NCBI RefSeq assembly: GCF_004010195.1
Contig: NC_057715.1
Span: 93,608,456-93,672,455, forward strand
Direction: 5' to 3'
DNA length: 64,000 nucleotides
DNA from: Chiloscyllium plagiosum
Taxonomy: Eukaryota
Below the pieces are notes generated by a model that was not told where the DNA came from, did no database searches, and saw only the letters and a list, made by a program, of their open reading frames with translations. The number at the start of each line of letters is the position of its first letter. Positions within the stretch are counted from its first letter, which is position 1. The position numbers were made by a program, and so were the translations under genes. Shown here piece by piece: positions 38,901 through 50,900 of this stretch.

Positions 38901-41900
38901 TTTTCCAGAAGTGCAGCGCAGATCATGTTTCGAGTTTACATTGTAAAAAGTAAATATCTTTTGTTTGTATAATGCAAATAAAGTGTTCAGTTCTTTTTTT
39001 TTATCAGTTCCAGTCTAATAGTTGGAAGAATCTGATCCTGAAAATCTGCAAAGGCACCTACACTCCAATTCCAAGACATTACTCCTATGAACTGCAATAT
39101 ATCATAAAGCAAATGTTCAAAAGAAATCCAAAGGATCGTCCCTCAGTCAGCACTATTCTTGCTAGGAATTGCTTTGCAAAGCTTATTAACAAGTTTTTAT
39201 CACCCGAGGTGAGACATATTCCAATAGTTTTTTCTAGTTCGATGAAGAGTTATTTATGAAATATCTTACTTGCTTTAGATTTGCTTTTTGATTTCCAACA
39301 TTTGAGGATTAATTTATAATTTCTATTCTTCGCACTTCTTTATTTTTGGTTTTATTGTATTAGTTCTTGTTTACAGGAACAGAAATAGACTATTCAGCCC
39401 GTCAAACCTACTCTGCATTTAATTGCGTCATGGTTTCTCTTTTGTGTTGCTTGTTCATGCTATCTCCATATTCCTTGAATGCTCCAGCAATCTTTTGATT
39501 ACTGTCTTGAACATGATCAGTGACTGAACTTGCACAGTCCTTTGGGGGAGGCAATTCCAAAACTTATCACTGCTGAGTTAAGAACTTCCTCCTCATCTCA
39601 ATCTTAAATGACCTACTTCTTGTCCTGAGATTATGTCCCCTGGTTTTAGAATCACCATCCAAGGGAAACATCTCACCTACATCCACACTGTAAGGGTTTT
39701 GTAAGTTTTATGCAGTCACTGCTCCTATTTTGAAACTGTATAGCATCCAAATCTGGTTTTCTCAATCTCTCTTCATAAAACAATCCTGAGATTTATCTGA
39801 TGAACTGCCATGACACTCTGTTGATGGTAAGTATATCTCTGTTTACTTAAAGGGTCCAGAACTCCTCGCAGTACTCCAGGTGAGGTCTCACCAACGCTAT
39901 AATCAACTGTATCAAGACATCTTTACTTGCACGCTCAAATTCCTTTCTAATGATAAAGTAACCATTTAATTTCTCCACCATTTCACTGTTCTAGACTTTA
40001 CGTTCTCTTCTACCCACTTGTAATGGACCTAAAACATAAATTGCTGGAGAAATTCAGCAGGTCTAGCAGCATCGAAAGAGAGAAAAGTAGAGTTAACATT
40101 TCAATTCTAGTGACCTCTCATCAGTACTGTACTCGAAACGTTAACTCTATGTTTTACTCCACAGATGCTGCAGATCTGCTGAGTTTCTCCAACATGTTGT
40201 TCTGGCTTCAGGTTTCCAGATCTGTAATTCTTTGTTTTTATTTTGAAAGGACAGAAAGCAGGAATTGGTCTCAAAGATGGTAGAGCCAGAAATCTCTTGG
40301 AGGTCTCATGTAATGTAAGACACAACCATATCTTGTGTTGACTGAGTGACAGGGTCTGGTTTTGTAGCCTTTGAAGGGTGTTTGCAGTGAAGGCCGAATG
40401 ATGACACTGTTCCAGTGGCTCTCCTTGGATAGCGAACCTGGTCGAGGAAGTGGTGGTGATTGGGAAATGTGCTGGCGTTGGTGGTGTGTAGAGGAACAGG
40501 CACAGCAACACCTCTGGCCCCTGGGTATACCTGCCAGGCAGTGCAGTGGCTGCAGAGAGTGGTGGGGTGAGCATGGTAAATCAAAGATGTCATCAGTGGT
40601 GCATGTGTTTGCAGCTGGTTGACATCATAAGTCGCTTCTGGGCATGAACAGGGGCTTTCAACCTTTTTGTGAAATTCTATCGTGTTATGGTCATTTCTTC
40701 CAAAATGTTCTTTTACAACAATGTTATTAATTAGCCCTTTTTCATTACACAATACTAAATCCAAAATAGCTTAATTCATAGATGTCTCCTCAATATACTG
40801 CTCCGGAAATCCATCTTGTACACAAACGAAGAATTCATTCTCTATAACATTAGCTCTGACTTGGTTAACTCCGTCTGTGTATGTTGAAATTGCCCATTTC
40901 TATGGCATTACTCAAGTAATGCGCATCTCTAATTTCCTGATTTTTATTGGTCAAAATTACCATTACACTTCCGTAGCATGTAAGCAATTTTCCCCAGGGT
41001 TTGCTTCCCTTTGTTGTTTCTTAGTTCTACCCAGACTGATACTGCATCTTAACCCTTTCACTTACCAATGTACTACTCTCATCCCTTATTACAAGTGCTG
41101 CCACAACAACTTTTCCTTTTTCGCTTATCCTCCTTAAATACAAATATTTGCGGACAGTTAAATCCTGATCATAGTCACCAATATAAATCAAGAAATTAGA
41201 AATGCGTGTAATATGGGTAATGTATTAATAGTGGGCAATTTCAATTTAACCATTGACTGGGTTAACCAAATCTGTCCTAAATCTAGGGTATGTGATCAGT
41301 GTTTGGAACAGTATGCTGAAGAACTTCTATGTAATGGAAATTATATCATTCCCATTTACTTCAAAGTGTGAATTCAAATCATCAGTCTTTTCAAGAATAT
41401 TGTCTGTTCTGACAGAGTGCATTTACTTATACTACTTGGACATTACTCTCTATTACAATTTGAGTTTTGCATGAACTTCATTCTGTTTTTGCTTTCTACT
41501 TTTCACTTCCTTTGAGCCAATTTGCTTCTCTAGAATCCGAGCTTACTCTCAGTTTTTTCTTAATGATTTTTCAATCTGTTCTTCCAGATGGTAAAGAAAG
41601 AGTTTTGTGAAGTAAAAATCAAAAAGAAAACAGCACAAGATAAACCCAGGAGGACCACGAAAGGTATTAAAGCATTTCAGAAACTAATTCATCGGAAATA
41701 ATGCGACATGATGTTCTATTGAATAAGTCGTGGAATTAATCTTTATACAAGTTTGCAAATTTCAATCCATTTCAGCCAGTGTACCAAGTAAATATGAAGA
41801 TGTCTCCTCCAACACAGGTGGAAGTGCATGCATGGTTTGTATGAATTATTGGTAAATATGCTTTCATCTTTAATTACTGCAACTTGCAAAGTACATATCG

Positions 41901-44900
41901 CATATAAACATTTGAATAACAGATATAAAGAATTTCAATCTGACCATGATTCTCCCTCCTAAACATTATTGTGTTTCCCTGCTAGAAAGTGTGGGTGGAG
42001 GATTTACACAACCCATTTTAATAGCCTCTTGATGTTGACTGTTTGAATTTGCACATCAGAAATTGTCAGTTGGTTGAAGTACTGGAGGGACATGTCTGGC
42101 ATTTGGGGAAGATGTGCAGACATTTTGAGAGTGTTGTGACAATGCTTTGGCTTTAAAGATGTATTTTGTCCTGGTTTCTTTTAAGAGAGAGATTGATTGA
42201 GAGATACCGAGCAGAATGTTAACGTAAACAGTTTGTGAGACCTTGGGTTTTTTTTTTAAGTTGTAACAGTAGAAGCAGCCTGGATGGGCAGGTCTCACAG
42301 AACAGGATTTCTAGTCGTCTTAGTTTCTTGGGTTTGATTTTAAGCAGAAGCTGGAGTTCTGAAGAAGTAGAAGCTATTCTTCCCCCTCTCCCAGTTACAG
42401 CTAGAAGTTGGTGTTTCTCTTCCTATCGTGGGCATTGCATGTGAGATAATCTGATTTCTCAATTTGCCTTTTTGCCAAGGAATATTTTTCTGGGATGTTA
42501 CTATATTGGAACAGTTAATTAGCAATGGTTAGTGTTAGTTTGTTAAGTTTTCCAGTAGAGTTATGTTATTCTAAGCGCTTCTTTCCTTTGTATTTTAACT
42601 TTAGTGTTTGAATAAATTATGAATGCTTAACGTTGAGTAGTTTGATCAGTCAAATTGCATCTGGAACACAACACTTTACATTTGCCTTTAAAATAAGAAC
42701 AAATTAGGGTCTAGGCAACCTTCTTAAAATATCTTGAGGGGGTCTGGTCCAGAACAATAGGAAAATCTATAAAAAAAGTAAGCTACATTGTCTATGAATT
42801 GCGTGAGTCTCAAAAGCTCAGTTGAGATTGTTTATGTAAAAGATTGAATTATCACATTTCATATCATACTGAATTGACTAACATAGATCTTCATGCTTGA
42901 TGAAATACTACAGAACATTTGCTGATCAACTCCATTTTGTATAACTGCCTAGTGTTGTTATTTTTCCCACTACCATTAACAATCCAATTCCTCCAGATGC
43001 ATTAATTTATTTCATCCATTATTACAAGCATTACTGTTAAGGCAAAAATGAAATAAAAACTGTGAGCAATAAATTTAAATCAGGAGATTATTGTCATTCT
43101 GAAAACTTCTAACAATAACTTTACATTTCTACCCAAGCCTAAATATTTCCCTCATCTTGACCCTCTTATTTTTCTCTTCCTTTTTTTAAGCGTTGGGGTT
43201 GCCCATGATTCTCAGTTAACATAAAATGGCTGCTTATGGTTTTTATTTGACAAAAAAATGGCTGAAGAAGATTGTTCTCTGAAGCAGTAATTTACACAGT
43301 CAGAATTGTAGCCTTTGTACTCATAGTAACCAGATAAGATATAAAGTGTCTCATAAAAATCACACAATGGGATGTTTTTAAGAAGAAGCAAAAATTAGCC
43401 ACTGCTTATACAGTGATGGTTTGATCCTTGGAAGCACTGATAGCAGCCCTTCTTGCAAGTTAATTTAAAGTTTTCTGTTTAGTATATGATAGAAGGAGAA
43501 AGAATCTTGACTCAGATTAGTTAAGGTCCCTTGGGTGATTGTAATCACATATACACATAAATGTATAAATAATAGAATTTTAAATGTTACTGACATCAAG
43601 GGATTTAACTGAATTCCTGTGGACAGAGAGCCTTAGATAGAAGGGAGAAGCCAACACTCTACAGAGAGAATTGAATAATGGGTGCAGAAGTCAGCTGTAT
43701 TGGAATTTAGTTGAATAAGATGTACTGTGAATGACCAAGGATAGGTGATAAGAGCATCTGCAGATCATGGCAAGATTGATCACTGAAAATCAGAAAGGTC
43801 ACACAGTCACATGATTGACGTGATTGGATGTGTATGTAATCAATCAATAATGTGATTGATTTACAGTTGATTTGTAAACAGTATGATGGGCTGAAAACAA
43901 ATGTATAAAAGTTTATATCTTCCCTTTGTTCAGTGAAGAAGCTTCTGGACCTACAGAGGCTTCCTTCCCACTGGTATAACATCAATACACTGTTTAATAT
44001 TGGAAGTGAGGTTGGAGTGTTGAATTAGGCATTTTGTCATTCTGCCCCAACAATCACCATGATTTAGAAACTTTAAACATTCAGTATTTCCCGCTTTAGA
44101 AGGGCAGGACTATACATATCCTAGTCAGCATTACTGATGTTTCCTGTAAAACATGGAGAGTAGCTGTAGCAAACAAGACTACCCATTATGTACAATTTGG
44201 ACTTGCTCAGTACATACTTTTTGATATGCTCATCACCTGAGTCTACTGGTGTAGAGTGAAGGTAGCTGTCACGTTGGTAAATAGATAGCAGATCTTTAAG
44301 GTCTAAAGTGACAACAAGTTTCACATTCTGCCATAAGATGTCAAGTCTCATTGCCATAGCAGGATAATTCTGCTAAAATATTGTAAGAGATGTGTAGCAT
44401 GAGAGGTGATTTAAGTATGTCAATTTTGGAATATGAACTGTAAGTCAGGTCCCAAATATTAACAGATACCAGCATCAATTTGCTGTCCAATTTGCAATGT
44501 CCATAGGAACAAATGCTTTATCAGTTGGTGAGGCAATTTATTTAAAAGAAAACTGAATGAACTGCGGGTACTATAAATCAGAAACAGAAATTGCTGGAAA
44601 AACTCAGCAAGTCTGGCAGCATCAGTGGAGAGAAATTAGAGTTAATGTTTTGGATCAAGTGATCTTTTCTCCAAACTGGCCATTTTTTAAAATGTTGGTG
44701 TTTTTGTTTGATATTGTTTCCTTTTTTCTGTGTGACATGATATTATGTTCTAAGGAAACCAGAGAGACTTCACCAGATTTTAGAAAATGGAATCCAGCAG
44801 AAGGAGAAGGCATTGTCAAGAGCCTAGCTCAAAAAACATTAGAAGAAACAGCCTCTCAAATGGAAGGTAAAGAGTTCTTTAAAGAAACCACTCTGTTGAT

Positions 44901-47900
44901 AATGTCCAAATGTGGCAAATTACACTGGCATTGTTTGCCATCATCAACAATAATGAAGTACCAAGCTTTCACTGTCACTTCTCATACTTATATTAACCCT
45001 GATATTTGTATGTTATTTCGCTGTAATTTTATTTCCTTGCTGAAAGCACTCTGCATGACATACTTGATCTTTTTCATATTTACATCTTACCGTTTTTCCT
45101 TTCTTGTTGCTATTTTACAGTTCTATTTTGTGATGTTTGTTAATGCTGGCAGTACAATAAGTTAATTATTATACATTAATTAACTTATTGCAGATTGATT
45201 GGCAGATTGATTAACATAGGTATATATTCAGTTCTCTCTAGTTTTAAATGCTTGAGATTTGAATCCATGATCAAATTAAATTGTACATACTTTGTATAAT
45301 TAGAAGAATTCGAAGAACTAAAAGACTTTTATTTTCATTCTATCCTTGTGTATGTTCTGTTGTTGCAATTTGTAACCATGTTTGATTCATTACCAGTAAC
45401 ACCAAAGGGGGACCATGTGATAATCCAAAGTGGTAAAACTTCCTCCAGTGTGCCCAGCCGAAAGAAGTGGGGTGAATTTCCTCCAGAAACAGTGTTAAAT
45501 GTACTTGAAAATGCAAAACTGACATCCAACATGGCTGTTGAGGATGTGCGCAGTGGTAACTTTCTCCTTGTCTTGTACATTTTGACAAAGATTTTTTGCA
45601 GGGATGTTCTGATTCATTTGGTGACATTGATACATTCGTTCATTAGGTGATCATGTGACAATTTATCCTGAAAGTAATCCTCGAAAACAGTGGAGCCAAC
45701 GTCCTCCTGAAACAGTGCTGCAATTCTTAAAGAATATTAACTCAAACTTTGCTTTTAAGACCTACACAATAGATAAAGGAGGTAAGAATCTGGTTCAAAA
45801 ATTATTTTCAAAGAAATTTTTTAAGTCTTAATTAAATTTCTGGTAAAAATCATAAATGTAGCAAATGTAATTATAACTGAACTATCCCAGTATCTTTGCA
45901 GTTTCTATGGTTTATGTTTCAACAGTCATCAATTTTTCTCATTAAATTTGATTCTAATTTCATTTAGTATTTACATTCTCTGAAAATTGGTCATTGTGAT
46001 ATTTCCAATCTTTCTAGCTGTATCTTCCTGAAAATAGTGCTAATAAACTTAATCTAATTTTTAACAATATTCAATATCATACATTATAAGAGATTCAAGG
46101 TATTTTCCAATAAATATCTTAAATATTGCAGTGATCCAAATAGGTCAGCAATGTTATGAAGATTTCCCTTGTGACTATTGACCATTATTCTGATGTTAGT
46201 GGTGAGTGCTGCATTTGTCAAAAGTGTAGCATTTTGTAAATTTGTATATGGTTGCCAGCTAAACATATTTTGTGTTGCTATAACGTGTGAGATCAGAATA
46301 TAGAAGGCTGTGTTTGTTGCTACCCCTTGTGTGGGGGCATGCAGTCGCAATGTCTGGCATCACTGCCAGGGAAAGACTTCACGCTTAAAGTTTAGATCGT
46401 TTGGCAGCCTGATGACTCTGAAATGTGGTATAAAACCATTGACCCAGAGGAGTACTCAGAAAGAGCCTCACCCACTGCCTAGGTTGCTGCCTAATGACCT
46501 GAGTGAAACAGTTAGTGAGGTCCCCCCCCCAGGGCGAGGCAGCAGTAAGAGGCCCATCACTCCTGGTTTTGCTATGGGTGACTGCTTCTGGTTCTGATAA
46601 CAGTGTGGTGTGGGTGCACAATGATGACATCGACAACACCAACTTTCTGTAGTAATATGCATCAAGTATAGAAAAATAAAACACGTGGATGGATCCATAT
46701 ATATGCTTTCTAAACTGATGGAACAAATAGTTATAACTAATAGTATACTTTAATATGGCACATACCTTTACGGCAAAATCTTTAGAACTCAGAATATCTT
46801 GTAATTGAAAAGAATCAGATGAAAAAGACATGTTTCAAATCTTATCCACTGAATAAAGATCTATCATGTTACTAATGCAAATTAACATTCCTAATATTGT
46901 GTTGACTCTCTGGCCATTATAAATCTCTTTCTGAAAGAAAACATTTGAAATAATGTAAATAGAAAACAATTCTGTGAAAGTAGCTAAACTGTACCCATCC
47001 CTTTTTCAATGCCCTTAACAATTTTTGATAGTTCAAATTGTTTTGTTCTCAGGCGTGCTGTCTCATCTGCTTTAACTTGAGTCTTGTGTCACAACATTTT
47101 ATGTTCCTTTGTAAATGTACAATCTGCGAGCTTTGTGTGCCTCAGTGTCACGTATTTACTCGGCCCATTTCTGTGTTTGATTCATCTATGCAAGGGGAAT
47201 CTCTTTTCGTTAACCCCCATAGCAGGCAGTATCTTTTCCTATAATGTTGAGGTGCTGGTGCTGGACTGGGGTGGACAAAGTTAAAAATCACACAACAGGT
47301 TATAGTCCAACAGATTTGTTTGAAAGTACTGGAAGCTTGTACTTTAAATAAACCTGTTGGACTATAACCTGGTGTTGTGCGATTTTTAACTTTATCTTTT
47401 CCTAGGCTTAGCACTTGCTCATTGCTGTCTAAGTGGCACCTCTGATGGCCACACCAAAATATCCACAATCTGGAAGACAACCCGACAGTAAATACTTGCA
47501 AAGGGCCTTCAACAAAATAAAATGGGCGGCATGGTGGCTCAGTGGTTAGCACTGCTGCCTCACAGCGCCAGGGACCCAGGTTCAATTCCTGCCTCGGGCA
47601 ACTGTCTGTGTGGAGTTTACACGTTCTCCCCATGTCTGCGTAGGTTTCCTCAGAATGCTCCGGTTTCCTCCTACAATCCAAAGGTGTGCAGGTTAGGTGA
47701 ATTGGCCATGTTAAATTGCCCGTAGTGTTAGATTCAGGGGTAAATGTAGGGGAATGGGTCTGGGTGAGTTACTCTTCAGAGGGTCGGTGTGGATTTGTTG
47801 GGCTGAAGGGCCTGTTTCCACACTGTAGGGAATCTAATCTAATCTAAAATGCTGGGGCACCTCACAGGAGCAGTATAAAGTAAACTTTAGCACCAACCCA

Positions 47901-50900
47901 TGTCTGAAGATATTAGTTCAGGTGACCAAAAGCTTGGTTGTAAAGAGAGGTTTTAAATACTGTTTTAAAGGAGGATAGTGAATTATAGTGAGGTAAAGAG
48001 ATGTAAGGACAGTATTCCAGAGCTCAGGACTAGGCAGCCAAGGGTGTGGCCACCAGTGGAAGGAGCACATAAATTCAGGGTGCTCAGGGCTCAAGTTAGA
48101 GGAGATCAGAGTTGTGCAGCTGCGTTGGAGGGACTGAAATCAAGAGAGAAAATTCTAAAATCAAGGCAATGCCTGACTAGTACCAATAAAGGTCAGCAAG
48201 CTTTGGGGTGACTGGGGAGCAGGACTTGGTCTGAATTGAAATGTGTAGAGTGGAGTTTCAGATAATGGAATGCCCTGCCAGTAGCAGTGGTGGACTCTCC
48301 CTCTTTATGGGCATTTAAGCGGGCATTGGATAGGTATATGGAGGATAGTGGGTTAGTATAGGTTAGGTGGGCTTGGATCGGCACAACATCGAGGGCCAAA
48401 GGGCCTGTACCGCGCTGTATTCTTCTATGTTCTATGTTCTAAATGTGGAATCCTAGCCAGGATAAAACTGAAGCTAGAAGTCACAAATGAAATATTTTCT
48501 ACAGCAGCTGTTAAGTAACGTTCGAAGATGGAAATAGGCGGTCTTTATGATGGTGAGAATGTGAAAGCAAGTGTGAGAACTAAGCATATCCAAAACTTCT
48601 GTTTTATAAAACAATTAAGGAGTAACCAATGTAAAGGTGTGAAAATTGCAGGTTGATTAAACTATAGAGTAGATCGGCGATCAGAGACAAATGATGATAG
48701 AAGAAAGCAAGGAAGAGGCTGATAGAGAAAAACACAAATAGAAAAATATAAAAACATTGAAAGGATCTCACATTTTCACTATACATTAATGACTTGAATG
48801 AAAACTTAGAGTTATATCCAAGTTTGTGGAGGCACAGTAAGTTGTCTGATTATAGATTAGATTAGATTACTTACAGTGTAGAAACAGGCCCTTCAGCCCA
48901 ACAAGTCCACACCGACCCACAACCCACCCAGATCCCTACATTTACCCCTTCACCTAACACTACGGGCAATTTAGCATGGCCAGGTCACCTGACCTGCACA
49001 TTTCTGGACTGAGAGGAAACCGGAGCACCCGAAGGAAACCCACTAGGAGAATGTGCAAACTCCACACAGTCAGTTGCCTGAGGTGGGAATTGAACCCGGG
49101 TCTCTGGCGCTGTGAGGCAGCAGTGCTAACCACTGGGAATTTTCAAAGGGAAACCTGGATTAAGTGAGTGGTTGAATGAAGAAATGTGAAGTCATATACA
49201 CTTTGGCTCTGATCTTAGCTTTGGGAGGCTGAGTTTTAAAGGAGGAAAGGTCAATTAAGGTGCTCGTTGACATAGATCACTCAAAGTTAGGTGTAGGCAA
49301 AAAAGGAATCAAAGTATAATTTTAATAGATGTTACCCTTTATCTAAAGATGAGGGGAGGGGAGATTGAAGTTCAAGATTCAGAAAGTGTTCTTGCAGCGA
49401 TGCAAAGTATTGGTCAGATCATACCTGGAGTGCTACAGTCAGCACTGAACCAATTAAATTTTTTGGACTACAACCTGGTGTTGTGTGATTTTTAACTTTG
49501 TACACCCCAGTCCAACACCGGCATCTCCGAATCATATTTTAATTTTGAAAAGGATACACTGCACTTAATTATGCCATGAAGCTTAAAGGATTAATTTCTG
49601 AGGGCATGTTGCATAAAATTGGTTTTTAATTCCTTGAGTTTGAAAGCTTGAAAGGTGATAAATTTATTCTGGATACACAAGAACTGTTTCACCTGGCAGT
49701 TGAGACCAGTGTGAGATACAATCTTAAAATTAAAAGTAGACTGAACAGGGGTGATGCCAAGAAGTACAACTTCACATGAATTATTGTGGAAATCAAAAAT
49801 TAACTCTCCTGAAATACTGACAATTGTGATTTTCAAGACCACAATTGATTAACTTTGTTAAATGAGAGAATCAAGGGATATGGTGCACATAAATGGAGTT
49901 CAGGTACAGATCAGCTGTAATCTAATTGGCTAAACAGTCTTGAGGGCTGAATGGTCTACTGTTATGTTTTGCATTTCTTGAACAAGAAACGGGAGATAAG
50001 AAGTTGAAGAAATATGGACAAAGAAAGGAATAAAACTGGAACTTGGGACTCAAAAGAGTATTGAATGACTGGAAAGATGCATTTACCATTCTGTTTTCAT
50101 CTGTGACCAATATGTGATAAACTAGTTGTTAAAAATTAATTTACTACTTTGATTGGGTGTTCTTCAAGTGGCAGTTTGTAAATTTTCAATGTTGACAGTC
50201 TGCATCTGTTTATGATTCTAACATTACTTGATTGTATAGTTTTACATTACATCAGAAATACTGCAGGGTTCCAAAGATCACTATTATGTAATGTTAGTTT
50301 TGTTTAAATCATTCTGTCAAGTTAAATCATTTCCTCTATAGCAAAGATTAATGTGGACTGATTAAATTTATTCTTTAATGATGGATCTAATCTACATTAA
50401 CAAGAGGCAATTACTTTATTCCACCATTGTAGCAGTTCAACATTTTTTGAATGTGTAACATTCTGTATAACATTCTAACTACAAACTTTTAGACATTTCC
50501 CAGTCGATCAGGCATAGTAGCAACATGCATATGGAATTTTGTGTGTGACAGGAATTAGAGTAGTAGTTAATGAATGTTTTTCAGGCTGGAGGAAGGTTTG
50601 TAGTTCTCTGCAATCAGTATTGAGACCCTCGCTTTTTCTGATATTTCCTATATTAGTGACTTACAATGTGGTGCACTGTGCAGGGGATAATTTCAATGTT
50701 TGTAGATGATACAAAACTTGGAAGCAAAGAACAATAAGAAGAGGATAGTTTAGAACTTCAAAAGTACATTGATAAGTTATGATTCGGAGATGCCGGTGTT
50801 GGACTGGGGTGTACAAAGTTAAAAATCACACAACACCAGGTTATAGTCCAACAAATTTAATTGGAAGCACACTAGATTTCGGAGTGATGCTCCTTCATCA

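Noticed and set aside
40306-40764. 152-155 aa reverse ORFs in NEK3 intron 8
   Set aside because: They look like fused retroelement fragments (a CR1 endonuclease-like start plus another LINE-like piece) with no splice or gene support.
47524-47595. tRNA genes at SINE heads (also 6472, 24530, 34960-35050, 62077)
   Set aside because: The A/B boxes continue into SINE bodies and LINE-derived tails; no complete cloverleaf is evident.
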